From assembly GCF_000002075.1 (NCBI RefSeq), contig NW_004797306.1:1254652-1318651 (forward strand): 64,000 nt of DNA, given 5' to 3'. The translations under genes were made by a program, and so were the position numbers. This document shows positions 25,001 to 40,000 of this stretch, piece by piece; positions within the stretch are counted from its first letter, which is position 1; every line of letters starts with the position of its first letter. Below the pieces are notes generated by a model. That model ran no database searches and had not been told where the DNA came from. It saw only the letters and a list, made by a program, of their open reading frames with translations. The DNA is from Aplysia californica. Lineage: Eukaryota.

Positions 25001-28000
25001 TCTAGGATATATTATAATAACATCTGATGCCAAATGTTCCACAGAAATAAAACGGAGAATTGCAATGACTTAGGCTGGTTTCACTAGAAAAGGCCCAATC
25101 ATGAAAAATGAAACATATCAATGACTACCAAAATGAAAATACTGAAATGCTACGTATGGTCAACTCTTCTATATGGCTGTGAATACTGGACAGTCACTGA
25201 AGACAGTGAAAAGAAAATGTAAGCAACGGAAATGTGGTTTCGTAGGAGAATATTGTGGAAAGAAAAGAAATAATAATACAGTAATCTCTGCCTAAGATCC
25301 CACCGCTTACGATCCCGGTTCGCTAAAGATCCCGCTGCTTTAAGAAAACATAATTTTTACTATAAAAAAGTCACCCCTAAGATCCCGCTCTGATTCACTC
25401 TGAAGGTCTACATTCGGCTAAGATCCCGCTTTTCAGACCATAATTTTCGGAACAAAAACCCGAGCGGGACAGCCGATCAACCAAGAGTGAAAAGTTGAGA
25501 TCAATAAACTGTCCATCGCGTCAAAGATCAGCCACTATCGTGAATGGGATCACATACACGTTGTAAAACTCGATGAAGCGTTACAGTGTTTGCCCCAGAC
25601 GGGATCACAACGGGGTGTGAACTGACCGACACGTTTGTTTTCCCCAAACATCGCACTCACACCTAAGCTCTCCCCCTAAACTTACATCACTCGCTGGATG
25701 CGTAGGGTCTACACGTTCGCTCCAGGTGGGATCACATTGAACTGTGAACTGTTCCCTGACCATTGCAGAAGTTGTCTCTACTCCCGAATTTGCGAGACAG
25801 ACTGAATTTTAATTGGTCTGTTCACAACGTAATGGTGTGTAACGACAAAGGTAGGGGGGGGGGGGGGGACGCGGTCAGAGATGGAAGGCTATAAATTTTC
25901 TACAGGTAAGGGGGAGGGGCAACTGGATGAGCATAGATCTTGAGACTCATGATAGGATAATAAGTGAAAATGGCACGCATCATGCCACTATGCACTGTGA
26001 TAGGTTATCAAGGTTAACCACTCTTTGCTCGCCATACGTCATAAACCCACCAAGCGGTCACGTCAATTCATTTTAGAGTGGAGGGAGACCATTTTTACCG
26101 ATTGTAAGCATCAGCATGGGTCATCATAGATTCTTCCCTGGGTTCGTCGGTTAAGATCCCAGTTGGCCTAAGATCCCGCATTTCCTTGCTCCCGAGCACC
26201 GCGATCTTAGGCGGAGACTACTGTAATAATAGATAGCATTTGTATAGCGCAAGTCCCTGCTCAACAGCAAGCTCTATGTGCTTCACAATCTATACTATTA
26301 CCCCAGCAGACCAGAGAGCACTCTAAAACAACCTCAACTTCCTGGGAAGCATACAGTTCAAGTGGCCATCTATAGGTGCTAAAACACTAACATACTGACA
26401 AGATCTTTCGCTGTCTATGGCTGGATACCCATTCCCACATGGGTGAAGTGAGGAAAATTTGTGTTAAGTGCCTTTCTCAAGGGCACAACGTCGGGCCCGC
26501 GGCTCGAATCCCCAAACCCGCAACCTCACGATTACGAGTCCGGTAGCCTAACCACTAGGCCACCAACGCCACATATCAAATGAGGTAGTGCTTGATGAAG
26601 CCCATATGGGATGCTCACTGTTAAAAACAATCAAGAAGCGACAAATGCAGTTTTTGGGACTCCTGAATAAACATAAAGGTCTTGAATATCTAGCTCTCAC
26701 TGGCAAAATTGAAGGCAAACAAGGCAGGGGTAGCCCTAGAGCAACCTACTCAGGGCGCCTAAACTATAGGATAATGGGGAAAGATCAGGGAAACAAGTTT
26801 TTTTAAGAGCATTCGAGCAAAGGAATGAATGGAGAACCATGTTCGCCGATGTCTGCCGCAGATCTGGCACTGGATGATGATGAGTCATTGCTCTTGGTGG
26901 CTTTCTGCACTGAGTTTTGTGTTCCCTTATTTTCATCTCAATACATAATGAAGCATTTCATTCTGTCAAGACAATACTTTTTAGGTACAAGTTCATCATA
27001 GATTGAAAAGAATCCACTAATGAACATTGGCAAGGTAAAAAAAGAGCTATAGAAGCTCTGGCACTGCACATTACATTTTAAAATATTTTTTGGATAGAGC
27101 AATTCCATTTTAGAATGGCTTCTCAGAATTTTTACCTGTTAGCATTGAACTACAATCTGTTTGTTTTTTTCACTGTTACAGTCATAAAAACAGAAGTGAA
27201 AGCATTATTACGTTATATACTCTTTTCTAGACACAGTTTGGGGGATGGGGATGTATAGGACAAGTTAACTTTTCTGACCCAGAGTTGAAAATTGACTGAA
27301 CTGGATGATCTTCTGCTTTGATGTGAGGCCTACTTGGTTATCCCTGTACATTTGGTAAAATTACTCTTGAGATGCTTTTTAATAAAGTATTTTTGTTGTT
27401 GCTATTGACGCTGCTGCTGCTGTTGTTGTTTTTTATAGATAAAACTATAGTTTGACTGATGCACTTAAGTAGCATGCTATTTTGTATGCTGTGGAAATCT
27501 TTTGCACTGTTCCACATGATTATTTTGGTATTTTTAAAGTGTTGAGTGGGAAGAAGAAGTAATTATCACAGGTTTGGTTTTGGCAGTGTCTGTTATTGTC
27601 AAAGCATGTGTAGCATGTAGATAAAAATTAATTAAATAAAAGATTAGTGGCTGTAAAGTAAGTTGTTATACTTTCTAATCTTATGTTTCAGAATCCGGAC
27701 GCAAAGCCTTTGTTGATGCAGATGGAATTCGTATTTTGTATGAGAGTGCCCTGGAAGCCAGTGACTGTCGTGATATGGAGAGTTTGATCCTCTTGGCTAG
27801 TGTGATTCTGCGGAAGTGCTATCCTCGCAACAAACTGCCCATTGACTCTACACTGTGTCCAGCTAGATTCATCTTACCAGACTCACCAAATCACATACCT
27901 GAGTGTTACAGCCTACCGAACTATCCAGGTAGGTTTATATGAATTTGTTGATGCTAGTGGAATTGATAACACCGGGAAGGTACACTGAATTGAGAAACAT

Positions 28001-31000
28001 TTTTTTTGGTCCTGTGTCCATTCAAATAAGAGTTGATAATGAAAATGAGGTTTAAAACAATTGTATATGTCACATGAGTAGAAGATAGTAAGCAAAAAAA
28101 GAAAGAGCCGAAACAAAGAGCAAGATTTTAGTCTAGGCTCTCTTTCAGCAGAAGACTCACACATCACTGTCATCATCAATTTAGTTTCCTTAAAATAAGC
28201 GTTTACATGGAACATCCATGAGTATTTGTCATTTTTTGGTTTTAATTGATATGTTGGTAAAAGAATTATTTATTGTTTCATTTAAATTAAAAGAAATAAA
28301 GTCATATGGCATTCTCTAAAAAGATGAGGGTGTTTAAAAATGAAAGTTACGAAACCAAGTTATGTTGCGACCGCTGATTATTAATCTTCCATTTATTCTC
28401 TAGATCTCCCTCAGTTTGTATATTTTGTAGTTATGTGGTGAAGGAAGAATAACCCTGGTTTGACAATTACCCACAGACTCTGATAATAGAGAGGGATTGC
28501 TACCCTCAAAGTTCGGGAGAGTCTACGATGTTGTTCGTAACTTGATTGGAGGGGCTGGTATAGTTAAATTGCTGATGGTTTCACTTTTTTTTTTCTTTTT
28601 TTTCTTTTCCAAGTCTATTATTGATAGTTTTTTTTTTTCACTTTTAATGTTTTTTCGAAAGATTATTGTGCTCACCTGTGTTGAAATCATAGTCTTCGCT
28701 TTTCAATGTACTTTTCATTCTTTTTCTGCTTAACTTAGTACAGATGTTAAGAACATCTTTGATAGTGTTTTGTTTTGTCTGTTTATTTGTTTAGTTTTTT
28801 TGCGTTAGAATTCTTTGTTGAAAAGTGTAGTCAACGGAAAAGGCATTTGCATTTGTATGTCCCCAGTGGTAGTTTTACTTTTTAATTTGAAAAATAGGTT
28901 TTGAGTCAAGTTAAGTTTTACTATCACTAATGCTTGTTTTGCAGTGTAAATGTTCTTCACTAAATGATCACCTCATAAATTTGACATATTTTGTCATATT
29001 TTGGAGAATCTGAGTAGAAAATTACTTTTGTGAGGTTGTTTTCTTCATTTTTTTGGTAGATCTTTAGTTTTTTGTTTTGTTTTCCTTTTATTTGTGATGA
29101 AATGAAAATCAAGGTCTTAGGCTTTCTTTTGTTTAATAGATAAAAAATGAATTATTTGACTTATGAAATGATTATAGCTATAAGTTTTTAGCAACTGGTG
29201 TACTCTTTATACAAGGGCAAGAAAAGGTATATCAATTTTTGTACATAAACAATGAGCTTTCTTTCAAAATTTTGTTTTGTTGTATTTTTTGTATGAGTAC
29301 TGACCCATGAATCAGTAGGCAAACTACCAAATGCGTTTCATAAAGTTTTGAGTAAGAATAGTTTTAGAACGGTTTCATATTAAATTTCTAGTCATGGAAT
29401 AGACACATAATCAGTTTTTGTTTGTGTTTGATCGAGTAAAACTTACTCTGTGTTCAAGCGTTGCGTTTTAGTCAGTTTTGAGGAGACTGAAACAACTGTA
29501 TACAATGTTCTAGCGTTGCGTTTTGGCCTTTATTTAACAAACTGAAAAACCAAGTACAATGTGAATCATTTTGTAGTGATGGTCTTTCTTGTCACTGATA
29601 GTGCCCGTGTGCTCATGGCAAGACGGGCCTCAGGCGGAGGAGAGTGACCACAGCTCCATGGACGAGGATGACGATGTGGACAGTGATGACGAGGAGTTTC
29701 GGACAGATACAGAGGAGGTCGGTGTCTCTGTCTGTTTGGAGGAAGTTGTTGTTTATTCTTGCTGAATCTGAAATTAAAATGTTCTACAAGTTTTTAAAAA
29801 AATGTACAGGGTGTCAAAACCCCCCCAAAAAGGACCCATTTAAAGGGCAATAACTTGGTCATCTTAGCATCAATTTCCACAAAACATATAACAAATAAAA
29901 TTCAACTGAAGTAGTAGTATCAAATTTGTCAATATGAAGAGGTATATGTCCTGTATTTGTGGTACCTTTATATCTGGATCTTTATTAAATTCAGTTGTGT
30001 TCGAAGGGAAGAAGGGTGTTTCCCATGGATTCATGTTGCTAAACAATTTGAGATACTTTGTTGTTTCGACACTCATGTAAAACACGAAATGGGGTCAGAT
30101 GGGAACTAAGATTTGACGGGGAATGGAGAGGGGATGGGATTCTAGCATTCTGCCACTCCTTTTTCAAAATGATGAAGAGTACTGCTGTTTCTGCTGTAAA
30201 AGTATCTGTTAAAAAGATTTTTATCATGCAGTGTCTTTGAAAAAGTAATTTCTCAGTTACATTGTAAGAATGTCAATTTGTTTGTGCTAGAATGTGGGGC
30301 GTTTTTTTGTTTGTTTAGTCAGTGATCTTAACAGGAAGTTTTAGTAGAATTATATGGTGCAGTTGTTAGCCACAGAATATTTGGGCTTTATGTCCCTGCC
30401 TCTACTAATGGTACAGGGATCTTGGTGTTCATTTGTTATTTGCTCAAACTTCTTTGTATATTTCAGCCTGATGATGATCAGTTAGATGGGTTAGAGCCTG
30501 CCGAGAGGAGGACTACGGAGGATCTGAGGATGTACGACACTTTTTTCCCAGAACTTTTCTTGAATGAGGTATTCACTTTAGTTGTGAATTGATGAATATT
30601 CTGATTCAAAATTATAATTTATCTTTTTAAGTTAGGACTTGTGTAGTTTTTATTCTTGTAAATTGCACTTAAGAGATAAGTCAAGGAGACAACTTGCTGA
30701 ACTCACTTTTTATTAGTGTGCAAAAGTTATTGCAGTTTGCTTCTTTCACAAAAAGTGCTTTCGTTGTATAATTAATTATGTTTGTAACTCTCTATCTTTG
30801 CGCCTTAATCAGTAAAAATTTTTAAAAATGTGTATGAATGCTAGCCTAGTTTTAAGAGAATTATAGATGGTTGAATTGATAAACATTATTTAATTCTATA
30901 TGTTTATCCCAAGTATTTTTGACAATGTTAAAAAGATGCATTCTTAAAGTGAAGACATAAGCATTTATTTATATTGTCCTCTTCTTTAATGAACTGGCCA

Positions 31001-34000
31001 TGGCAAAAAAAAAAGAGTGTTATTTATAAATCCAAGTTCTCAATGTCTTCAGCAAAAGGTGACAAGATGATAAAAGTGATTTAAGTTGTGTTGATAGGGG
31101 CTTGAAACCTTTACATCAAATTAGTGGATTTAGGCATACATTGTTCTTCCTCAGAGCTCCCAGCCAAATATTCTTACCTCACCGGCTCAGAGCTCCACGT
31201 CCGACTTCACAACAGCCAGAAGTCAGACCTTTATGTCTCCCCCCGATGTGCTTGGGATGAGGCAGACGGTGTCGGACGTCAGTCTCTTCGACATGTACAG
31301 AAAGGCCAACATGGATTTCACCACCACCTCACGTTACTACCAGCAGGCTCCTTCAAGCTGTGGCCGCCCTGCCACTCACAGTCAGACATTTGTAAAAGGT
31401 ATGCTTCTTTCCCTGTTTGTGTTTTTGTAAAAATGACATACTTCTTGTCTTTTTAAAGATATAATTGTATTAAGCTCAGAATTTTGAAGCTTCAACAGAC
31501 AATGTCCAATAGCTTCTAACAAATACCATATTACAAGCGCAAACCACTCTTGAAAATACAGCTTCGTCTGCTTGCACAGTAGTGATCGATTGCCATTTTG
31601 AAATTATCTTTCAGTGATAAAAAATGGAAAAATACGTTTTTGTTGTTGTCTTAGAACTGATCAGTTCAAGAGGCAAAATTTCTTTCTTGATTCATCTGTT
31701 CTCAGAGTTTATAATTTTATGTGCTGAATGTTTATTTCAATGCAGTACAAACTCACATTTATGCTAATACAAAAGTTTAGTGTTATAATCCATCCTATGT
31801 TCATAAAAATGCACTCCTGTCTCAGGTTTCGAACTCTATTTCCGTTATAAGAATGCCCTATTTTCATCGGTAATAACTGACATCTTTGGATATGCAGTTA
31901 TTTCCCTCTTCTTGCGGAACACCCCCCCCCCCCCCCACCCCTCTTCCCAATGACTGGAGACAACAAGTCTGACCGGCACTTGAAAGTATAAACATATAAT
32001 CTGTGTCAGAATAGTGAATCCATTTTGTTTTTGCCAGTAACATATCTCGGATGACTTCCCTTTTTTCATCCTGTACTTGATTTTTCTCTTGTGTTGTGCC
32101 GTGGTTGTTTAGAACATAACTACATCTTTATTTGAAGGTTTGGAACGAGATGAGAAGAGTGTGAGTGCTATCAATCTGAAAACAGGATCCAGCGTCATAT
32201 CCTTAGAGCTGGGCCCAAGACCTTCAGCCACTGCTGCCAAATCTGCCAAGAGTCTTCCCAAAGGAAAACCAAAGAAGCGTTCAGTGACAGTACCCAAAGA
32301 GAAGAAAGGCCGCAAGCTTTCCACTTCCAGGGCGGATGAGATAGTCCCTGATACTTCAAGTGCCTTGAACTGTACCTCCTTCCAAGAATGTGATGACTCG
32401 GATCAGGTATGATTCAAAGTCATGGATTGACGGAGATTAGATGGAAATACCTTTTACAGTAATTTTATGGAGTATTTTTACAAGTGAATGCTCATATCAT
32501 CAATGTTGAGTTAGAAACTTCAATTTTTAAACTAACTCTATAAAGTTTGAATCTTTTGCGCCCCCCGTTGATGTATTGTAGATCATATAAGGGGCATGAT
32601 TACTCTGTAAAGCAGGGTCAGTTACTCATTTTTCTTGTGACAGTGGTGACATCGACTAATATGTTTTCTGTCATATTATTCTCTTTGTTGACAGGGCACG
32701 TAAATTAAAGTTTTGTCACATGTGAAAGATGTTTGATGAAGTTCCATTTTTTTTCTAAAAGTTTTAAGTATTATTTTATGGTTGAAATTGTTGATGTCTT
32801 TCCTGAGTCAGCTTTCTTGTGGACTGTGGGTTTCTAGGTAGTGAAAATGAATTTTTTATTGCCACTTCCGAGATACATTGGTCGCCACGGCACTGTTGAA
32901 TTTTGAATTGCAATATTCTGTATTTAACTATTGCTCCATGATTTCCATTTTATTTTGTGGAATTACGGCACACATGTTACTTTTGTTAACTTTGTTGTAA
33001 CTCTTTCTTTTCTGTCAGAGATATGGGTTTGTGGCTAAATTCATTTTGTAAGTTTAAATCCTCGAATGTTATATCTTTTAAAAAGTATTTTAAGAGGAGT
33101 AGATTCTCTGAGAAATGTTTGGCATTATATATTTTAGAAAAGGTCTCAGAAAGTAGCCTTGAAATTTTGGCAAGGGAATAGTGACGTGATGGGAAAATAT
33201 CAACTCAAAGAGAAGATTAAGTACTTCAAAAAACAGACATAGGCCGTTTCCGTGATTATTAAGCATTGTAGAGTGCAGGCTTTTGTTACCTATAAGTCAT
33301 TAATTAAAAGATACTTTGGCCAAACGTTTTTCATCTTGATATGTTTGTAGTTAAATGTGTGTTTTGTCTTGGGTCTTTTTTCAGGGAACTCTGTCCAGCA
33401 ACGAAGATCTTGATGGGGAATTTTGTGAGTTCATTCATGATGCCCAGCTGTATGGTCAGATGGCTGCTGACACATTTAGTGTTCATCGTTTCCAGAAACT
33501 AGCTTTTCCTGACCTGTATGGAGCAAAGGGACACTCAAAGAGAATGGAAAACCTTGTCTCTCGAAAGTTTGGAGTTCAAAGGTACTCTAACAGTTTGTGC
33601 AAAAGTTGATGTTCAACTGCTCACCATTCTAGATTCTATCGGCTAAATTGGCTACTGGAAAAGTTGTATAAGTTCTAATGTTTAGCTCTTTGTTATTCAT
33701 GAAAATTGTTTTAAAATATACTAATGGTGTTCATAAGTATAGGCTAAAAAAGAACCCCAAAGAGTTAGTTTGTTAGTCTGAAGCTTTTACAAAAAGGTTA
33801 AAAGAGTTTTCCAGTGATCAAGGACTGACATACTTATAAATATTATATCAAATGATTCACAGCCCATCATTTCTTTGACCATCATGTTTATCATGTTACT
33901 ACCTTTCAGAGGGTATCTCAGTTTAGCTGTAAAGCATCTGAATGGCATTTATTAAAAATATTATGAATTCAGTTCCCTGTCACTGTTGAGCAGGATGGTG

Positions 34001-37000
34001 TATCCTTGTAAAAGTTGAGAAAAGTACATAATCCATTTTCTTTCTATTCTTTCAGCTGAAAATGTGTACAGAGCACTGGTCTATGGCAGCCAGAAATAAC
34101 ATGTTTTGCAATGTTTTGTATTGTATACTATGTGATGTTTATGTAACATGTTTTTGACTTTATGTACACATTTTCCTAGCCATTGCAACCCAAAATTGTT
34201 CCGAATTGATGAATGAAAGTGATATTTTTCTTTTTCGTTTCTTTTCAGAATGAAAATATTTGAAGATATTGACAGAATGATACATGAACAGTACCTTGTT
34301 GACCGTGTGGTCTACGACTTGGACAGGATCATAGCAGAAGCGGGAGACAGTTACTGTGGGAGCAAATCAAATCTGTCCAACAGGGACGAACTCAGGTGAG
34401 TGAGAGGAGGGCAAGTTCTGTGAGAATGTTGATGTTTTGCTTGGTTTGTCTCTGTAAGACTTTTGTCTCTTCATTTTTCTCTCATTCTAGTGGTAATTTT
34501 TTTTTGGGGGGTATAGAATCTGTTTTCTTCTAAATGTTTTGTTTGTTCTGATACTCTGATGAATGACAATTATTACTGGTGCAGCTATAAACTATTTTAC
34601 CATGTTAGCAAAGTTGGGACCTTGTGTAACTTCATTATTAGCCATCTGTGTCCAAGTGAAAGAAATGGAGAACCCCCTTGCGGCTGATCTGGTCTTTTTA
34701 GAACAACATCTCGCTCTTGTGAGGCTCCATACCGGCCAAAACTCCTCATTGCTCCCTGAAAGAAAATTGAAGGTTATGAAACCTCCACCCTGGCTGTCGT
34801 TATGGTCAAGAGGACCGGGCTGTCTACATGTCTCCATGTTGAGCTATGACAGAGTAGGGGGGATCTGTTGTCTTAGTTCTTGCAAGGAGCTTGGGAAAAG
34901 TTTTAATCTTTTGCTTCATGTGGCCTGAAGTACGGCTGTGCAACAGGAAAATGAAAAATGATTAATGTTTTTGAAAAATCATAGCGTGGCTGAAGAAGTT
35001 AACAGCATTTGAAATGTATTTCAGGGTTGGCTACATAGACCAGCATTCAGAGGCCCTCAAGTTTAATGCTCAGTTTGAATGTGGAAATCTTCGAAAAGTG
35101 ATTCAGGTAAACATTTTTCTTGATTTGAATAGTCACCTTTGTTTGTATTTTTGCCCAGCTGTTACAAAGCTGCTTTTTTTAGTTCTCACACTTGCCCTTC
35201 TGTGTATCTCCACATTACTTTCATTTGAGGTCCATCCTTTTTTGTAGTGCAGGTTTTGCAAATTCCTAACTCAGGAAGCATTTCTTTCCTCACATCTTTT
35301 TATACGTTTAAGTGCATGCTGAGTTAAAGTTGTCTTTAATTTTGTATGTATATGTCTTCATTTTGCATGTATATTTCTTCATTTTGCATCACAGGTGCGA
35401 CAGCATGAGTATGACCTGATTCTTTCTCCGGACATCAACTCCAACCACCACCACCAGTGGTTTTACTTTGAAGTCAGCAACATGCAGTCTAATGTGCCTT
35501 ACAGATTCAACATTGTCAACTGTGAGAAACTCAACAGCCAGTTCAACTTTGGTGAGTTTTTGCTCCCAGCTTTTGATTCTCTCAATTATTGTTTTATAGC
35601 TGCTTGAAGATTCTTTTTCTTTTTGTAATTCATTTTTGAGCTAGTCTTTTAAAAAATTAATCTAAAGTCATTATTTAAAAGGAAGGGCAAAAAGGGGATA
35701 GGGGGTTGAGGTGGGTGTCTCTGAAGAGTGGTGCTTTCTTCTAAACAGGTGAAAGTAAATTGTTCTCCGAAGATTGTTTCCTTTGTTTCGGTTCTTGCCT
35801 TGAATATCTCATTACTGAACATATATATGACTAAAAAACTAATTTTTTATCACTTTCTTTGTGTAGGAATGCAGCCTTTGATGTTGTCTGTAATGGACTC
35901 CATACAAGGCAACCCTTGCTGGACGCGTGTTGGAAACGACATCTGCTACTACAAGAATCATTTCATCCGCAACCCCAACACCACAGGAGGTGTCAAGGGC
36001 AAGTCATACTACACAGCGACCTTCACCGTCACCTTTGAGCACAGTGGAGACATTTGTTACCTCAGCTACCACTACCCATACACTTACACTCAACTGAAGG
36101 TATTTATTAGTCTTTTGTGGAGTATAGATTGGTATGGAAATATTTATCTTTTTGGAGCAAAGGTCTACAGAATGTTGTTGCATCATGTTGCACACTACTG
36201 AGTACTGTGTTCCCACCTGCTGTGCTTATAAATTGGTATGATCTTTCTGTTCTTTGTTATAAAGGAGTTTCCTTGCTTTTTTAATGTTCAGTTATTAGTT
36301 TGTTGTAAAGTGAGTAGAAGATTCTTTGAATACCTCTTGTCACATCTTATAAAAATACCAGTTTCGATGGTCATGGCTTACAATTATCGAAATACATCCT
36401 TCTCAAGACAAGAAAAATTTCATTTTCTTAAATTTAGAGAGATGTAACAGTCTTTCAACAAGCTGTCTTTAAAAGATCATGTTTATTTCCAGTTCTGTAA
36501 ACAAGAGGCTGGACATAGTATTTCTGAGGCATGATGGTGAAATCAGGTGCTCATCAAAATAATGAAATCAAAGAAATCGGCATTTTCTTGGCCATTGGGC
36601 AGTTTTTTCCTGATTTTCCTTTTTTGGCTGAACACCCTTTATGTCTATTGAAAAACACAGTTTTGTGTGGATTTTACCTTAAAAACATTGGTTAAAGTTA
36701 GAACCACAAAAAATGTAAATTTTCAGTTTTCAAGGACTCTCAGGCTATGGACGTTACCAAACTTTGGCGACTATTTTCTATCTAATTTTACCTCTGAAAC
36801 CAGGTGACCTAGACCTCCTTCAATCACAAATATTTCAACTTCTATTCAACATAGATGGATATTTATTTCACCAAAAGAAAGGCAAAAGATGACACCAATG
36901 ACCCTATATCCCCCAAAATTGACAAGCGCTTGATTCCACTGGGCCGTGACACATTTTTATAGCTTTAGGTTTTTTTCAAAGGAACTGGTACTGAGGTTTA

Positions 37001-40000
37001 TTTCAACGGATGCACAACTGAGTGTGTTTTTCACAGGAGGAAATGCATTGATATACAAATTATGTTCCCTCTCCTCAGACTCATTTATGTCAGTGGGAAA
37101 AGACGCTGGACTCTAATCTGATTTACTTTCAAAACCAAGTGTTGTGCAAAACGTTAGGAGGAAATGATGTGCCTGTCTTAACAATCACCGCTCAGCCTAA
37201 AGGCGTGGACAGGGAAAGCCTGGAGGAGTTCAGTGAGTCCCCTGTCTGTGTGCATCCTCTTTTTTTTGTAGTGTGATGACATGGGGAGAAGATTCTGTGC
37301 TGATCGGTAGTTTCCTAGCTTTTGAGAGAAAGTCATGCAGGTTTTCATTCCTGGTGTAATTGACACAATGAGAGCTGAATACTTTCCATCTGCACTGGGG
37401 CAGTAAGAAAGAGTACTGTAACAGGTAGTATGTAGTATCTATGTACAAAGCTTCTATTGCCTATATTAACATTCTTGTCAAGTGTGCTTTGACTATATTC
37501 GATTGCACCTTCTGGTATTGAAGCATGCCTTTTGTTTTTGAGAATATTTTTTATGCATGATGTTGTTTAAAGTCATCGTATGTTAACATATAGATATCAA
37601 TATCCGTAAATGAAGGTATTTTATGTTGATGCTGGTTTTGCCCCCCCAGGGAGTCGTCCGTACATCTTTCTCAGCGGACGTGTCCATCCAGGGGAGAGTA
37701 ATGCAAGTTGGATCATGAAAGGTGTGATCTCGTTTTTGTACTGATGTTATTTGTTTGTAGTGTTTTCAGTCCTCATTTTTTTAATGACTCTTATTAATGA
37801 TATTTTTAAAAATCAAAGATTTCACGCTGTCTTACCAGTTCCAATGTGAATTAATCATTTGTGGCGTGCACGATTCAGGTCTTTTAGAATTGATGTTAAC
37901 AAAAGCTGCCCGGTTTTGGGAATACATTTTTTAAGTCTGTGTTCATAATCCACAAAGATGAGGGGTACTCTTTTAGACATTGTAACAGTATGTTTTTTGG
38001 GATGAATTGTAAGACCTGTATGTTTGGTTTATTGCAAGCTTATTATTTTCAAATGAAGTTGTAGTTGATCACTGACGTTCAAGGGTTTATTACATTATGC
38101 ATTCCTGTTTCAGGCACAATTGATTTCTTGCTGAGCCGCAAGCCACAAGCACAACAGGCAAGAGAGATGTTCATCTTCAAGATCGTCCCTATGCTCAATC
38201 CTGACGGAGTTTTAAATGGAAAGTATGTTTCATCATGTGAAGGAGTTCCTCATTTTTTGTTTTACTTTTATAATGATAATAATACAGTATAACACAGATA
38301 AGTCGAACACAGAAAACTTGAAATCACGCATCTGTTGAAATGTGCCTGGAGTCCCCTTTTTTTTTCTTATTTATCTTTGAAAGATATCCCTCGAACTATG
38401 GATCCCTCGAACTACCGAGGCCGGTCCCGACAAATTTGAGCTCTGCGTGTTGTACTGTAGATAGCATTTGAACGGCGCAAAGTCCTGCTCAACAGCAAGC
38501 TCTATGCTCTTTACAATCTATATTATTATCCCAGCTCACCTGGTAGCATTTTGAAATGGTCTCAACTTTCTGGGAAGTATATAGTGCAAGCTGCCATTTT
38601 TTAAAATAATTGCTAAAACACTAACATACTGACAAGATCTTTTGCTTTATAGAGATAGATTACAATTCTGGAAAAGAGTTTTAGTGTAATATGTTGCCAG
38701 TGCAGCTCTTGAAATGTGCTCTGTTGACATCTGATAACATGAAAAATTGTTTGTCCTTTTTTAAGGGAAACGTGTCTATATTAGCAGTAAAATTGTGAAA
38801 ATGTGATTAGCTCATTTACAGTACAGTTGTGTGATGTAATGTATCAGGTTTTGTGCTCATTGTGTACTTAATTTGGACGCAGGGTACAAAGTTGATTGTT
38901 GATTTTAGTCACAGATCGTCTCTAGTTGGAGAGGATCTGAACCGACGCTGGGCGAAGCCGTGCTCCATTCTTCATCCTACCATCTATCACACAAAGGGTT
39001 TACTACTTTATCTGAATATGATCAACAAAACACCTATGGTAAGATGTGTGTAGGTTATTTGTTTTAGTAAAAGTTTTACGGCACTTCCAAAAGAATTAAG
39101 TCATATAAATGCCAAAGATAAGAGGTGTTACCAGAGAGTAACACACGAAGAAATGAAGTAGGAAAGATGAGGAAGAGGGATGTTTGATAGAAAAGAACCA
39201 CCCAGCCAACACAACTGTGAGTGATGTAATTTATTGACCAACAGTCCTAATAACTTGTCAAAGACAACCGCACAAATCTCTTATTGTTTGATGCATAGCC
39301 ATAAATCACCTGGAGGGAATGTATTAAAAAAAAAAAATGTAACAACATAACACCCCCCCTCCCCCCACCAACCACCCTTTTTACCCTCCTTTCAAAAGAA
39401 AAAAAATCATTTTAATAGGCTTTGTGGCGGCCTGCGACCAACTTCTGGTGAGAGCCTCTTAAGGGATTTTTTATTTTTTTGGCTTCATTTTCTGCTGACC
39501 TGCCCAAGACGCTTTCCTTTCAAAGATCACTACTTTTTTCTTGGACAAATGGTCGTCATCTTGGATTGGTTCTATTGTAAAAGTAAACCAAGATTGAAAG
39601 ATTGCTGAGATATTCTAGGGGGGATGGGTTGAAGAAGCCTTGCCTTGTCCTTACACAGCACAAGATCGTTCGCTGTTAATGAAATGCTTACAAAGGTTTA
39701 GTAAAAGTAAAGATCTTTTCTGTCACTCCGATATCTCTGCTGTGTTTGTGAGAAGTATGTACATTAAATATGGGGTTGTTTTTTTTTCACGTCTCCAGGT
39801 CTACTGTGACTATCATGGGCATTCAAGGAGGAAAAACATCTTTATGTACGGTTGCAGCCCTGCTCAGTCCTGGATTGCTAATGATACTCAGAACCCAGTG
39901 TGCACAAATGGAAAAATGAATGACACAAGTTTTAAGGTAGGCATCTTTCTGTCTGGGACATACCATAAGACACTGATTCGATACACTTTAAATAAACTAT

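Larger units (their letters stand above)
24970..26884 (+). mobile_element. RTE-clade LINE 3' fragment, interrupted at about 25270-26570
   Basis: Decayed C-terminal ORF (KYLG...EIKRRIAM...[16 protein letters not shown]...EMWFRRRIL) resumes after the insert as NEVVL...[10 protein letters not shown]...[11 protein letters not shown]. Ends in a (GAT)n tail. Confidence 0.85.

Noticed and set aside
32113-32137. Alternative acceptor tttag at 32112 for CCP1 coding exon 13
   Set aside because: It is out of frame and reaches TGA. The AAG acceptor at 32137 keeps the frame.
34563-34928. 121-aa ORF inside a CCP1 intron
   Set aside because: No recognisable motif. The nearest acceptor read in the required phase hits a stop, and the flanking exons already join in frame.
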